Both the position numbers and the translations under genes were made by a program. From the IMG/VR virus record IMGVR_UViG_2585427770_000004: DNA of 40,296 bases. One strand, given 5' to 3'. Every line of letters begins with the position of its first letter. Positions within the stretch are counted from its first letter, which is position 1. Origin of the DNA: a virus. Its lineage: Duplodnaviria > Heunggongvirae > Uroviricota > Caudoviricetes. Of this stretch, positions 9,427 through 20,111 are shown one piece after another. Below the pieces are notes generated by a model, which was given only the letters and a program-made list of their open reading frames with translations, had not been told where the DNA came from and made no database searches.

Positions 9427-9447
9427 ATAGTAGAGTGCTTCTATCAT
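9427..9447. promoter_or_regulatory. Arc operator (O-arc)
   Basis: ATAGTAGAGTGCTTCTATCAT is the reverse complement of the recalled P22 arc operator ATGATAGAAGCACTCTACTAT. Confidence 0.75.
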
Positions 9448-9474
9448 GTCAATACACTAACTTGGAGTGATGGC

Positions 9475-9729
9475 ATGGCTAGAGATGATCCGCACTTTAA
9501 CTTCCGTATGCCTTTGGAAGTAAGAGAAAAATTGAAATTAAGAGCCGAGGCTAACGGAAGGTCAATGAACTCTGAGTTATTACAAATCGTTCAGGATGCA
9601 CTATCAAAACCATCACCGATTACAGGATATCGCGACGAAGCTGAACGCTTGGCTGATCAGCAGGCTGAGCAGTTCAAGGCTATAGTGTTTGAGACACTTA
9701 AAAAGATTTATGAAAAGGATTTGAAATGA
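9475..9729 (+). CDS. mnt: Mnt repressor
   Basis: 84 aa MARDDPHFNFRMPLEVREKLKLRAEANGRSMNSELLQIVQDALSKPSPITGY, near-identical to P22 Mnt as recalled. Confidence 0.9.
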   Translation: MARDDPHFNFRMPLEVREKLKLRAEANGRSMNSELLQIVQDALSKPSPITGYRDEAERLADQQAEQFKAIVFETLKKIYEKDLK

Positions 9730-10061
9730 GATTTCTATCACTGTTCTTGTTAGCAGTTGTCTCTTCTTCCAGTGCTGAGCTGCGCGAGCTTCAAACGGGT
9801 AATGACCTTCTTTACAACATTCAACAAGGTAAAAAGGGTGATGATTTTTCATCGCTTTACATTACTGGATATTTGCGCGGAGTAACTGACTCATTGATAC
9901 TAATTGGTTCTCTATGTCCTCCTGATGGCGTTGACATGTATCAATACACCGATATCGTTGAGAAATATCTAAACAAAAACCCAGAATCAAGAAATGAGAG
10001 TGCAGTTATACTAACCGCCCTAGCAGTAGGAAAAACATTTCCGTGCAAAAAGAATCAATAA
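9726..10061 (+). CDS. Secreted/periplasmic protein of unknown function (signal peptide), translationally coupled to mnt
   Basis: 111 aa; N-terminus MRFLSLFLLAVVSSSSAEL is signal-peptide-like; two Cys; ATGA start/stop overlap with mnt. Confidence 0.5.
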   Translation: MRFLSLFLLAVVSSSSAELRELQTGNDLLYNIQQGKKGDDFSSLYITGYLRGVTDSLILIGSLCPPDGVDMYQYTDIVEKYLNKNPESRNESAVILTALAVGKTFPCKKNQ

Positions 10062-10076
10062 CAATAAGGGCTTAAA

Positions 10077-10466
10077 ATGAAATTGATTATAGCAATGGCT
10101 TTCCTTGTCTTCTCGTTTTCTGTCTCAGCAGAGTGCTGGGTCGTTGGAGATATGCACGGAATAAGCTATTCAGAACGAAATAATTTTCAACCGGAAGAAG
10201 ATGGTTTTAGTGGAACATTCATCATTAAGACAAACGGTGAAGATGCCAGTATCACATATTCTGGGACGGATGCGGGCGGCATGGCTTACAAAGCATTGTC
10301 TAAAAACTCCATCATTGGAATCGGCGCGAATGGCGAAACTCAACGAGTTATCGACTCATGGGTAATACATCCTAATGGAACAGTTTTAATGTCGAAAACC
10401 ATTTCTGGTTATGGGAATATGGATTCAACCAAAGCTTTTGTTGGAAAAGTAAAAAGAAAATGTTAA
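10077..10466 (+). CDS. Secreted/periplasmic protein of unknown function (signal peptide)
   Basis: 129 aa; N-terminus MKLIIAMAFLVFSFSVSAEC is signal-peptide-like; RBS AAGGG upstream; C-terminal KRKC. Confidence 0.5.
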   Translation: MKLIIAMAFLVFSFSVSAECWVVGDMHGISYSERNNFQPEEDGFSGTFIIKTNGEDASITYSGTDAGGMAYKALSKNSIIGIGANGETQRVIDSWVIHPNGTVLMSKTISGYGNMDSTKAFVGKVKRKC

Positions 10467-10490
10467 CGATTGAATCCAATTCCCCATACG

Positions 10491-12332
10491 TTACTGCTGT
10501 GTTGCCTCAGTAGCAAGCAGCGGCCTGATGGCATTTGCAGCGTTACTCAACGCTCTTTCATAGGCTGGCGTTCCAGCTTTAGTGTTTGCCAGACGTAAGA
10601 GAGCATTCCTTGCTGCTTTGGACTCATACAAACGCATCATTGCACCAAAGCCAGCCTCAAGCCCCATTGATACACCAAGAGTCGCAGTTGCGCCAATCGT
10701 CCTTATCCTGTTGGCTTGTGATTGCCCCGTCTGAGTTACTACATTTGCAGTGTCTGACCTTGCTGTTTGCTGTAGAACTTCATGAAGAGCATCAAGCTCT
10801 TTCATGTGCTTTCCAGAAAAAATAGTGTTGTAAATTTCACCGCCTGACTGAGATTTCAGCTTATTAACTTCAGTGATGAACTTGGCTGGAGAGTCACCGG
10901 CCTTTTCCGCTATTTTGCTGACGTAAGCTGCACGCATAGCATCTTTCCCTTTATCATCCAGGGCGCTCCATATTCGTTTCACGTCAGATGGTTTTCTGCT
11001 TAATACAACGGTATTTATAAGTTCAGGACTGGCTTCACTGCTTGCCTTGTTGAGCTTGTTAGCAATGTTTTTATTAAGCACCTTATTATAAACGTTTGCA
11101 TAATCGGAATTTGCTTTAAGGTATTTTGCTGCGTCTGATGCACCGAGGTTTTTAGCAACTGCGTTACGAAGGTCTTTTGACATTGCATTCTCTACCATAT
11201 TGGTAGCTGCTTTTGCCTGGTTGGGGAAGACCATAGCATCTCCCTGAACATTAGATCTAAATGCTGTTCTGTGCTGACGCAAGAGATCAAACGTAACATC
11301 CAAATCAGTTGCAGGGTTTGCTAATTCTTCACGTAGGTTACGCAAGGATGTAAGCAGGCTTTGATTGGCAGACGTCCCAAGCCGTTCCTGTCTTGCGATC
11401 GCTGTATTCAGAGCATTCATGGTATTTGTGGTATCAACTGCGGCATTACCCATTTTATTGGTGACGTCATTGATAACAGCGCCAGCGGCATCCTTCCGCC
11501 CCCTTAACGTGGTGGTAAGAGATTTCACCACATCATCAGGGTTGTACTCACCAAAACGGTCAAAATAATTACTTACCAGCTTACTACGCGTTGCATATTG
11601 CTCCGCTCGCTTTGAGCCTGTCCCTAGCAAAGCCCCCTCGGCATCCTGAGTTAGGCCGCGAGTGAAAGCATTTTTCGGCGGGATAACATCAGATGTCATT
11701 GGTGTCACGCCCATCGATTCTGATGTGGCAATTTTCTTCGCCACTTCTGGCGCAATATCACCTTTTATAGCCGTTATTCCACGCCCTATTCCCTTTGCTG
11801 CTGCGGAAAGAACACCCTGAGTGGCAAGGTTAACTCCGGCATTTTTAGCTGCATTTTGTGCGAAATCGCCTTTCTGATTTGCGGCCTCTGCCAGTGATCC
11901 AATAGCCATGCTTCCTGCCGTTCCAACTCCTGGAACTAAATACCCACCAATTGTTTCACCGGCTTGCGCGTAGGGGTCTGTCGGTCTGTCTACTGGACGA
12001 TAAACATCATCCAAAACCTTGGGTCCACCAAGCCCCTGACTGATTGCATTAATCAGACTTGCGCCGCCCTGCAATACGTCAAATGGTATGTTTACCAGAC
12101 CACGACCAGCCTGTTCTGCAATTTGCCCTGCACTTTGACCACCAGTGAGCCAATCGCCAGCTTGTTGCATCAATGATGGTTCTTCCCGTGTTGGTGCATT
12201 ATTGGCCTGATTAACTGTTTGTTGCTGAACAGCCTGACCAGCAAAATACTCATCAATGGCGGTGCCAATATCTTCGGTGCTCGTACCATCAGGAAAGGTA
12301 AATGTCTTACCGTTTGCAGTTACTTTCATCAT
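10491..12332 (-). CDS. DNA ejection/transfer protein gp16
   Basis: 613 aa; N-terminus [33 protein letters not shown] matches P22 gp16; true start may be the second ATG at 12329 (ATGATGA overlap with the gp20 stop). Confidence 0.85.
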   Translation of the reverse strand: MMKVTANGKTFTFPDGTSTEDIGTAIDEYFAGQAVQQQTVNQANNAPTREEPSLMQQAGDWLTGGQSAGQIAEQAGRGLVNIPFDVLQGGASLINAISQGLGGPKVLDDVYRPVDRPTDPYAQAGETIGGYLVPGVGTAGSMAIGSLAEAANQKGDFAQNAAKNAGVNLATQGVLSAAAKGIGRGITAIKGDIAPEVAKKIATSESMGVTPMTSDVIPPKNAFTRGLTQDAEGALLGTGSKRAEQYATRSKLVSNYFDRFGEYNPDDVVKSLTTTLRGRKDAAGAVINDVTNKMGNAAVDTTNTMNALNTAIARQERLGTSANQSLLTSLRNLREELANPATDLDVTFDLLRQHRTAFRSNVQGDAMVFPNQAKAATNMVENAMSKDLRNAVAKNLGASDAAKYLKANSDYANVYNKVLNKNIANKLNKASSEASPELINTVVLSRKPSDVKRIWSALDDKGKDAMRAAYVSKIAEKAGDSPAKFITEVNKLKSQSGGEIYNTIFSGKHMKELDALHEVLQQTARSDTANVVTQTGQSQANRIRTIGATATLGVSMGLEAGFGAMMRLYESKAARNALLRLANTKAGTPAYERALSNAANAIRPLLATEATQQ

Positions 12333-13744
12333 TCCACCGTAAATTGAATGCCTGATTTTGAGGTATATGATCCAACCTGATTCCGTGGTTCTCCTGAAGG
12401 TGTCGAATCTTGTGCTGGCGCTGCGTCAGTATTCATTGACATATACCGCTTAACGGCACTCCCCAATGATTCACCTTTTTTAACATCCAACCCCAATATC
12501 TGACCGCCATTACGCGATTGTCCAGGGTTGCCATTCGCGCTCATCCACTCGGCTTTAAACTCATTAAACTGCGCGTTTCGTCGCTCAAGGTTTGCCATTG
12601 CATCAAGCCATCTTGCGACCGTCTCAGGGTTATCCATGTCAGTTGGCGCACCCTGTCGAACGATCTCAACGTCTTTATCCGTTGCTGGGCCGGGAGGTAG
12701 GAATTTAAGAACCTGACTGTTAACAAGGGCATTTTGGCGAATGCGCAAATCACGCAATGTTGTATCGCTTCCGGTAAGTTTTGCGAACATGTTCTGTGCG
12801 TTACCGAACAAACCTGTCGTTGGTTTTTCTGCTCTGAACTGTTGAGCAAGCGCACTCATAGAATTGGCTGAGTTTGATGATGCTGTAGCATTGTTTACAG
12901 CCGTCTCGATGCCTTTTTCCATGTTTACTGACAGCTTAGGTGCTTCGCTAATCAACTGCTGAGCCTTTTCCTGCGCTTGCTGCATCTTAAACCCGAACTC
13001 TTGCTGATCCAGAGCCAAGCGTTGTGCTGCGATATTGTGCCCAGTCATTGCTGACTGATAGGAAAGGTTTTGCCCTCTCGCCTGAAGTGCTTCACCAGCC
13101 TGATTGCTGCGGATTGTCTCTGCCAGCCTGCCTCGGTCAATCTCACGACCAGCCATCTTGTCCTGAACAGCAAACGCCTTTTCTGGTCCAAGCGCACCGA
13201 GAGACATAGTAGTCAGCATGTGTGATAGCTGCTCTGGATTCTGGATACCTGTCTGAATCATCCAGTCAGCATTAGCACCAACGCGATTTAACCTGTCCTT
13301 GTTGTCAGTAATGAATTTACTGTAGGCTTCCGGTCCCTGAGAAAGAGCGACGTTAGCCCTCATGGCTAAATCGCCCATATCGTTGCGTTGCTGATCATTA
13401 AGACCGGAAAACGCCTGTTGTGCCTGTGCAACAAACGCTGGATTTTCCTGGGCAAACTTAAATAGTCCCGATGGATCACCAGAAGCCCATGCATCAGCGT
13501 GAACCTTATTGAACGCACTAATAGCTTTCTGTTGCTTTTCCTGATTGTAAATATCAGCAACTCCAGCCAGACCACGTAACGCGGTCAGGCCAACGTTATT
13601 TGCACCTGAGCGAGCCAGTTCATTGTTTTCGCGGATCAGACCAAGCGTTGCGTTAATGTCGCTTGCCTTTGGCGCATTCTCATTTTGCGTACCGATGCCA
13701 GCCAGAAAACCACCAGAATTAATACCCTGTTGCCACGTAGCCAT
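12329..13744 (-). CDS. DNA ejection protein gp20
   Basis: 471 aa, the size of P22 gp20; Q/A/N-rich; position between gp7 and gp16. Confidence 0.8.
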   Translation of the reverse strand: MATWQQGINSGGFLAGIGTQNENAPKASDINATLGLIRENNELARSGANNVGLTALRGLAGVADIYNQEKQQKAISAFNKVHADAWASGDPSGLFKFAQENPAFVAQAQQAFSGLNDQQRNDMGDLAMRANVALSQGPEAYSKFITDNKDRLNRVGANADWMIQTGIQNPEQLSHMLTTMSLGALGPEKAFAVQDKMAGREIDRGRLAETIRSNQAGEALQARGQNLSYQSAMTGHNIAAQRLALDQQEFGFKMQQAQEKAQQLISEAPKLSVNMEKGIETAVNNATASSNSANSMSALAQQFRAEKPTTGLFGNAQNMFAKLTGSDTTLRDLRIRQNALVNSQVLKFLPPGPATDKDVEIVRQGAPTDMDNPETVARWLDAMANLERRNAQFNEFKAEWMSANGNPGQSRNGGQILGLDVKKGESLGSAVKRYMSMNTDAAPAQDSTPSGEPRNQVGSYTSKSGIQFTVE

Positions 13745-13754
13745 TGATTACCCC

Positions 13755-14450
13755 TTAATAAAGCAGTGAACCAAGCAGACCGATACCAGCACCGATACCA
13801 GCCCCCCACGGAGTTGATGAACCAATTAATTTCGCAAGTCCAGCCCCAGCAATAGCACCAGACGCACCTCCGCCAATAGCAGATTGCATTGCTGATGGTC
13901 TGTTGGCATTTGCCGCTGCAAGAGCCGCACTTTGCTGCGAAATCTGACTCATGTTGTTGGCATATGTCTGCCCGGCGTTTGCCTGACCTTGCAGTGCGCC
14001 AAGACCAATATTTGCCAGATTCTGGTAGTTGTTCATCTGACCAGACAGCCACTGCTGACCAAGCGTTGGTGCGATTGTTGCTAACTGATTACCGGTTGCA
14101 GTGGAACCCAATCCACCTGTTGCTTCCGCTGCCGCCAGACTCTGATAGCGAGCCTGACCAGCAAGATCTTTGTACTGCTGAGAGTTGTAATACTGGTTAA
14201 GTGCCTGACCTTGCCCTTCCAGAGACGATAAGTTCTCGAGGCTGCCGACATACTTATCAGCCAGAGGAGTAAACGGCTTCAGGTTGTTCATGATGGTGTT
14301 GAACTGCTGATTTTGCAGGTCTGCGGCATACTTCTGAGCTTCTGCTGCATACTTTGCGCTTTTATCAGAGCTGCCACCTTTCCCGCCTTTTTCAGGGCAA
14401 TAAGGTTCCTCGCCGCGCAGTTTTCTGCCCAGCTTAAATGCATATAACAT
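13755..14450 (-). CDS. DNA ejection protein gp7
   Basis: 231 aa, Gly/Ala/Gln-rich with glycine-rich C-terminus; P22 gp7 size and position. Confidence 0.75.
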   Translation of the reverse strand: MLYAFKLGRKLRGEEPYCPEKGGKGGSSDKSAKYAAEAQKYAADLQNQQFNTIMNNLKPFTPLADKYVGSLENLSSLEGQGQALNQYYNSQQYKDLAGQARYQSLAAAEATGGLGSTATGNQLATIAPTLGQQWLSGQMNNYQNLANIGLGALQGQANAGQTYANNMSQISQQSAALAAANANRPSAMQSAIGGGASGAIAGAGLAKLIGSSTPWGAGIGAGIGLLGSLLY

Positions 14451-14452
14451 GG

Positions 14453-14908
14453 CTATCTCCCGTGATTCAGGAAGTCGATTAGTTCTTCGCGTGTGGCGCT
14501 GTAAAACGTCACGTCATCCACGCCTTTGAAGTATTTCTTGATGGTTCCTACACGATTAAGGCCAATCATTGCGCAGTACATCTGACCGTGGCGGAATTTG
14601 CGTGCAGCGAACGATGTGACGCACTGAACGGTGGTGTTAGTCAGAATGTATCGCCAGAACGCCAGCCCGATTTCCTTGCTGAATCCACGAACCTCTGGCA
14701 GGTACATGGCGTGGCAATCGAATGTAAGCGGCTGAATTTCCTGATAGTAAACAATGCCGCCAAACTGACCGTACACGTTAACCTCAAAGTAACGGCATTC
14801 AGGCTTGTAGTCGTATCCATCACCGTTGTTGCTTCCGGCAATAATGTCAGGGTGATTTCCGACTGCTTCTATCAGGTCGATGTTTCGCGTTGGTTTGAAC
14901 TGAATCAT
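14453..14908 (-). CDS. Head assembly protein gp14
   Basis: 151 aa; position between tail needle and gp7 in conserved P22 order. Confidence 0.65.
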   Translation of the reverse strand: MIQFKPTRNIDLIEAVGNHPDIIAGSNNGDGYDYKPECRYFEVNVYGQFGGIVYYQEIQPLTFDCHAMYLPEVRGFSKEIGLAFWRYILTNTTVQCVTSFAARKFRHGQMYCAMIGLNRVGTIKKYFKGVDDVTFYSATREELIDFLNHGR

Positions 14909-15756
14909 TACTGCTCCGCGATTATCTTGATGGTTGTGGCAGTAAACGCCGCACCATTTGACTGAATGGTTAACGTGCTGCCATTTGTGGCAAGAAAGCC
15001 GTCTTTATCCACGCTGAAGAACGTAGCTAACAGGATGTTATCGGTCGTTGTCGCCGAGTTGCGACTGCTTACCAGTGTGTCAGGAACAGAGCCGGAAAAT
15101 GTTAGTTGCATTGACCTGTTGTCGGTTCCGCTGGGCCACGTCCCGACGATCGACAGCTTAAAGAACAAGGTTTTGTTCTCGTTGAACACAACCATCTTGT
15201 TGTTAACGGTGTCGAAGAATGGTGCCAACGAGCCTGATGACGGCGTGAGCGTTTTCAGCAGGCTAACAAGGTTGGTCGGCGCTGTCGGGATGGTTACAGA
15301 TACGCCAGAGTAAACAACCTCTGACTTCTTGCGAGTAGTGGCATACTCCAGAGCATCAATGCGCGATTCATGGTCTGAAACCTGCGATTCCAGCGACTGA
15401 ACTCTGGTATCAAGCGACGCAATATCGCTTTCATTCTGAGCGATTCGCGTTTCATGTTCCTGAAGAGTTGATTCTGCCTGGCTGATTCGCTCCTCATGAT
15501 TAACAAGCGTTGCTTCCGCAGCAGAAATTCGCTGCTCATGGTCAGCGAGAATCACATCCTGCTCATCGTTCCTGACCTGTGCATCATAAGCGCCCTGTCC
15601 GGCCTCGTTGGCCTTGTTAGCCACGTTACCAACATCAGTGCCCTGTGCGATAACGTAAAGCAGATACGACTGCGAGAAGATATTGCGTGGAAGAACTGAT
15701 GTATCGAGCCGCGTAGCCTGGATGATTACCGGCACATTGAGATTCGAATCCGCCAT
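14908..15756 (-). CDS. Tail needle protein gp26 with extended C-terminal (knob-type) domain
   Basis: 282 aa; N-terminus [20 protein letters not shown] followed by heptad coiled-coil ([43 protein letters not shown]); longer than the 233-aa P22 needle. Confidence 0.8.
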   Translation of the reverse strand: MADSNLNVPVIIQATRLDTSVLPRNIFSQSYLLYVIAQGTDVGNVANKANEAGQGAYDAQVRNDEQDVILADHEQRISAAEATLVNHEERISQAESTLQEHETRIAQNESDIASLDTRVQSLESQVSDHESRIDALEYATTRKKSEVVYSGVSVTIPTAPTNLVSLLKTLTPSSGSLAPFFDTVNNKMVVFNENKTLFFKLSIVGTWPSGTDNRSMQLTFSGSVPDTLVSSRNSATTTDNILLATFFSVDKDGFLATNGSTLTIQSNGAAFTATTIKIIAEQ

Positions 15757-17174
15757 TACTCAATCCTTATCTGAGCACCAGACAGAGTGACAGGTGACTT
15801 CGTGATAACGCGCAATTTGAAGCCAACATTTTTCCTGATGCGCCCTACTCGCTTCCACAAAACGCGTTTGTCGTAAACGAACGGTTCATTCTGCTCAATC
15901 ATCTGCTCACGCCCGTAATTGATGCCGTCAGTGGTTGCAGAGAGGAACAGGCGGTCAGCGTACTGCGCAACGCCAGTTGAAGATTCAACCTCAAGGTCGA
16001 ACACCCGGGCGTTATCCGCTTTGAACAACGGAGTAAACAGCAGGTGTTCCTGTTGCTTGTCGTACTGGCTGCTGATGTCGAATTGCAGTTTCCCGGTAAC
16101 AGATTCCAGCTTATCGCCGCACGTTATCTGATTGCCTTCGTAAATGAAGTCGATAGCGCGGTACACATCGTCATACAGGCCTGTTTTCAGCACACACCAT
16201 TGCGGACCATTAGCGCTTGAAGATGCGTCGTAAACAAGAACATGGCGCGGCAGGTGAATAATCAGCAACTCATGAGCATCAAACCGCAACGATTCCATCA
16301 CGCCATCAGCCAGTTCATCAGCAGTGTAGGAGCGTAGTATTTTCTCAATGCTCGCGCTGGCGATTGGTGACACCTGACCGGAGCCGATGATGTATACAGA
16401 CGGCGCACCTGTTGCCGGATTGCTGATAAACGCATAGGAATCAGCAAACGGCGTTTTGCAGTAAGTCCCGGCGATGCCTTTTTGCACCATCAGTGATGGC
16501 TGTGCGACATACAAAGCGGCACCAACGGTGGTTGCGCCAGTCAGGGAGAAATATTCAATCGTCGATGAACCAAAGCAGACGATGAAGTCTCGCCATGTTC
16601 CGATGCCGATGATGCCGTCCGGCTGCGATTCTGCGCGATATTGTGCACTGTATCGGTCAGGATGCGATTCGTCTTCAAGGTCAGTGATAAACCATGAATC
16701 AGTGCCGTCTTTTGACCACGCATAACGCCCACGTAAGCGCGTAATGTCGCGGACTGAGCCTAACTCATACTGCGTGAATCCGCTGTCTGTAGGCCAGTTT
16801 GAGACGGTTTTAATCGTGCCATCATAGCGATACTCGACCAGTTTCCCGTTAACCCCTACCGCCTGTGATATACGACCATGCGCCATTGATACGCGACCAC
16901 TTCCGGCAACGTCACCGACTTCACTTTCTCCTTTGTACAGCTTGCCACCACACACACGATAAACAGCATTCTGCGCCATGTTGTACTCGACGCCGCGAGA
17001 TACACCGTTCACATCAGAACGTTTTGCAATGCCCGGGAATGAGCGAAGATATCCACTGCTGTTGAGGATTTCTTTTGGTGTAGCCAGCATATTCACTGGC
17101 AGATAGTCGATATAGTCAGCGTTTCGGAAATCTTTGCCGACACCTTTCATAAGCGGAAGTTGCTGAATCGGCAT
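15756..17174 (-). CDS. Tail hub / head completion protein gp10
   Basis: 472 aa, same length as P22 gp10; conserved position. Confidence 0.75.
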   Translation of the reverse strand: MPIQQLPLMKGVGKDFRNADYIDYLPVNMLATPKEILNSSGYLRSFPGIAKRSDVNGVSRGVEYNMAQNAVYRVCGGKLYKGESEVGDVAGSGRVSMAHGRISQAVGVNGKLVEYRYDGTIKTVSNWPTDSGFTQYELGSVRDITRLRGRYAWSKDGTDSWFITDLEDESHPDRYSAQYRAESQPDGIIGIGTWRDFIVCFGSSTIEYFSLTGATTVGAALYVAQPSLMVQKGIAGTYCKTPFADSYAFISNPATGAPSVYIIGSGQVSPIASASIEKILRSYTADELADGVMESLRFDAHELLIIHLPRHVLVYDASSSANGPQWCVLKTGLYDDVYRAIDFIYEGNQITCGDKLESVTGKLQFDISSQYDKQQEHLLFTPLFKADNARVFDLEVESSTGVAQYADRLFLSATTDGINYGREQMIEQNEPFVYDKRVLWKRVGRIRKNVGFKLRVITKSPVTLSGAQIRIE

Positions 17175-17183
17175 TTATTCACC

Positions 17184-17645
17184 TCACGTACTCGGATCAT
17201 CTTTCTCGATGTAAAACCGATTCCACGTAAACGCGCTTTTGTTACCACTACCGCGAGGCATGTCATTTCGCCGCTCAAGTGGTGGTATTTTGGTTAAAGC
17301 GATACAGATTGTCTGATATGCACAGTCAGCAGCGGTAAGGAGAGCATCCGACGGCTGAATGACGTTATCCATGCACACTTGCACAGCGAGTTTCAAAGCG
17401 ACGCCATCATTTGCCCATGCAGGGATACCTGAATCATCGTCAGGTAACGGCATGATGCCGTTTTCTGTATCAGCAAACTGATACCCAAGCTCGATACCTT
17501 TCGCCTGCCATGCTGCCATCATGTCTTCGAGGTCATTAATGGCATCTTCAATTGCCTGAGGGTCAGCATCTGTCAACGTGGCATTGGAATACAGCCCGGC
17601 TTTTCGTAAAGCCTTTAGAACGAGATCACCCTTCGTTTTCGCCAT
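17184..17645 (-). CDS. Head completion / tail adaptor protein gp4
   Basis: 153 aa; position downstream of coat and upstream of gp10. Confidence 0.7.
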   Translation of the reverse strand: MAKTKGDLVLKALRKAGLYSNATLTDADPQAIEDAINDLEDMMAAWQAKGIELGYQFADTENGIMPLPDDDSGIPAWANDGVALKLAVQVCMDNVIQPSDALLTAADCAYQTICIALTKIPPLERRNDMPRGSGNKSAFTWNRFYIEKDDPST

Positions 17646-17814
17646 CTTCTTCCGCCTTAGCCACTTTTTGCTTCGTTGCGGTTTCTTCAGGAGTTTTTAC
17701 CCAACCTTTTTTCAGGTGAGATTTAACTTCTTCGTCATCAACAATGATGTAATCGACAGCAAACTGACCACAGGTGATCATGTTGCCAGGCTTATAGAGC
17801 ATTGTTCGTGCCAT
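17626..17814 (-). CDS. Small hypothetical protein between coat and gp4
   Basis: 62 aa from internal ATG at 17814 (MARTMLYKPGNMITCG...), RBS GGGAGAAGG just after the coat attenuator; acidic C-terminus. Confidence 0.4.
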   Translation of the reverse strand: MARTMLYKPGNMITCGQFAVDYIIVDDEEVKSHLKKGWVKTPEETATKQKVAKAEEDGENEG

Positions 17815-17825
17815 TGCCTTCTCCC

Positions 17826-17848
17826 AATAAAAATGGGGCCGAAGCCCC
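17826..17848 (-). terminator. Attenuator-type rho-independent terminator directly after the coat gene
   Basis: Minus strand GGGGCTTCGGCCCC followed by ATTTTTATT, immediately downstream of the coat stop at 17856. Confidence 0.6.
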
Positions 17849-17855
17849 ACCAAAA

Positions 17856-19109
17856 TTACTGCCCGGCAATAACGATGCCCGTATATTCAGGAACCAGTAC
17901 CGAGCAACCGTACAGAGTGGTGAAACGAGCTGTGGTTACACCTTTGATGTGGTCGAAGGCGTAAGACATGATCAGCGTAGCGCCCTGCTCGGTGGTTGCT
18001 GTCATTACCTGTGGACCCTGACCAGTCGGGAACGCCAGTTTGCCGTACATCAGTTCAACAGAACCATCAGCCCAGAACAGGTTAGCCGGTGCGGCATTTT
18101 TGTTGAGAATGGTAATTGCTGCACCATTTGCCGCGTTAGCATCAACGTTTGCATATGGTCGGCTGGCGACATCCGCGTTGTCAGGCGGCAGAATTTTCGG
18201 GGAGATAGTTACTGTCGTTCCGCTTACTGCCAGAACGCGGAATACCTGCGGCTGCCCGGTGGTATCTTTTGTGATCTGGTGTACAGAATTCACGCCAGCA
18301 ATGGTGAACGCATCGCCAACCTGCAACCCAGATGCAGATACCGTAATAGTCCCCTGTCGGTTATCCACTGGCATATCGTTGGCATCTTTCGCTTCAACCT
18401 TGTGCGCAGGTTCAGCCGCCAGCGTCAGGGAAGTTGCTGTACCCTTCGGAACACGACCAGAAATATCGGTCTTGTAGCTATCGAAGGACGCAACCGGAGG
18501 GATCTGCGCTTTTTCGTATGCTGTCAGGGTTGCGCCCTGAGCATAGGCACGGTGACCAAGCTCGCCAGCAAGGTCTTTGTAGTTGAAGGGGTTCCAGAAA
18601 GAGCGGCGGTTGATACCCTGAGGTACACCAATCGCCGTCATGGTGGCATCAATACCTGCCGCACAGTTCCACAAATCACGGCCCTGTGAACCAGTGGTTG
18701 AGTCAGCCATTGTGATCACGTTAGTAGCACGCTGCGTGACCATGGAAATCAGGTCAGAGTCAACCTGTGCAGCAAGGCGCATACCTGCGGCGCGACCAGC
18801 TTCAGTTTTATGTTCCGGGTCACGCATTTCACGCGCATCCAGAGTGTATAGAATGTTTTTCGGCTCCTTGAACACAGAAGGAACAAGGCGCTGAACCAGT
18901 GCTGTTGGCGTTTTGCTGCTGAGGTCGAGGCCTTCCTCAATGTTCATGTGGTAATGCTGCGGACGATACAGAACATCACCTGCTCGCTGCATTGCTGTAT
19001 CACCGGGACGGAATTTTTTAGCGTTACGGGAAACTACGCAGGCGGCCTCAAAGCCTTCAACGTAGTTTTCGAACATGATTTCAAGGTCTTTTGCTAATTG
19101 GTTAGCCAT
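17856..19109 (-). CDS. Major coat protein gp5
   Basis: 417 aa; C-terminal region PYANVDANAANGAAITILNKNAAPANLFWADGSVE resembles the P22 coat [20 protein letters not shown]...FWADD segment; flanked by scaffold and gp4. Confidence 0.85.
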   Translation of the reverse strand: MANQLAKDLEIMFENYVEGFEAACVVSRNAKKFRPGDTAMQRAGDVLYRPQHYHMNIEEGLDLSSKTPTALVQRLVPSVFKEPKNILYTLDAREMRDPEHKTEAGRAAGMRLAAQVDSDLISMVTQRATNVITMADSTTGSQGRDLWNCAAGIDATMTAIGVPQGINRRSFWNPFNYKDLAGELGHRAYAQGATLTAYEKAQIPPVASFDSYKTDISGRVPKGTATSLTLAAEPAHKVEAKDANDMPVDNRQGTITVSASGLQVGDAFTIAGVNSVHQITKDTTGQPQVFRVLAVSGTTVTISPKILPPDNADVASRPYANVDANAANGAAITILNKNAAPANLFWADGSVELMYGKLAFPTGQGPQVMTATTEQGATLIMSYAFDHIKGVTTARFTTLYGCSVLVPEYTGIVIAGQ

Positions 19110-19127
19110 GCTTAATGCTCCGATAGG

Positions 19128-20021
19128 TTATTTTTTTGCCTTTTTAGCGGCGAAATACGGCGTCCAGTCACCAGTTTCCAGCGCCTTGGCTTTCAGTTTG
19201 TCTAGGTTATTGATTACTGCGCCGTTGCTCCCCTTAACTGTCGGGGTTGTGGCTGCTGTGGTTTTTGCTTTTGGCATGATTCTGGCCTTCGATTCGATAC
19301 GTTCCAGCAGACGACCAATTGCTACGGGGTTGGTAGCTTCTGCCAGTTGCTTGCGCAGTTCAGCGTTGCGACCGAGCGCCAGAACAACGATTTCCGGCTT
19401 CTCTGACTCAAACAGGATCGCGTTTTGTGTCTCGATGGGGATTTCCTCGAGTACGGCCTGCTCAGCTTCCTGATAGCCAGGAACTTTGAGAGCCTTAACA
19501 CGTTGCTGATATTTGGATAATCGCTCTTGATAGGCAGCCTGAAGCTCCTGCTCCTTCTGCTTGCGAGCCATCTCCTGTTGCTGGTACTTGCCGTTATCCT
19601 CTGCCCACTTAGCCATGCGTTGCTGGTAGATTTCTTCATCGAAACCGATGTCCTCATCATCCAGTTTTGGCATTCGCGGTGGTTGAGTGATTACCGGCTG
19701 CTGCTCGACGGGTTTCTGATACTGACGCATCAGCTCTTTCAGCTCACGGTCTTTCTCTTTAATCGTCTTGCGCAGGTGTTTTACCAGTCCATGCTCTGCG
19801 CCATCTTCGCTGGTTGGCGAATCCAGCTTTTCGTCACCAAAGTAGAATTCCTGTTCTGATTCGTCGTCATCAGTTTCAGTAGCTTCCTCTGCATCATTGC
19901 CGGAGGACTCACTGCCATCTTCTGTTTCGACTTCTTCAGCCAGTTCGACATCATCAGGAATCTGCTCTGACGCGTCGGTTTCGATTTCAACTTCTGGTGT
20001 GTTTTCTGCCATCTGGTCCAT
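19128..20021 (-). CDS. Scaffolding protein gp8
   Basis: 297 aa, highly acidic, coiled-coil-rich; between portal and coat. Confidence 0.8.
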   Translation of the reverse strand: MDQMAENTPEVEIETDASEQIPDDVELAEEVETEDGSESSGNDAEEATETDDDESEQEFYFGDEKLDSPTSEDGAEHGLVKHLRKTIKEKDRELKELMRQYQKPVEQQPVITQPPRMPKLDDEDIGFDEEIYQQRMAKWAEDNGKYQQQEMARKQKEQELQAAYQERLSKYQQRVKALKVPGYQEAEQAVLEEIPIETQNAILFESEKPEIVVLALGRNAELRKQLAEATNPVAIGRLLERIESKARIMPKAKTTAATTPTVKGSNGAVINNLDKLKAKALETGDWTPYFAAKKAKK

Positions 20022-20111
20022 TTGTTACCCCTGTTTACTCGATGTTCAGCCCATCGGAAGGCAATAGGGTGCCAGGCCTCATAAAGACAGCCATTGCACG
20101 TTATGGGTTAA

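Noticed and set aside
9223-9447. 74-aa version of the arc ORF
   Set aside because: The upstream 21 codons run across the arc operator; the authentic 53-aa Arc starts at the internal ATG at 9384
17802-18689. 295-aa plus-strand ORF (and similar long ORFs at 20142-20666, 22999-23481, 14588-14965)
   Set aside because: They lie antisense within the coat, portal, terminase and gp14 genes, are Cys/Arg-rich, and lack ribosome-binding sites; treated as shadow ORFs
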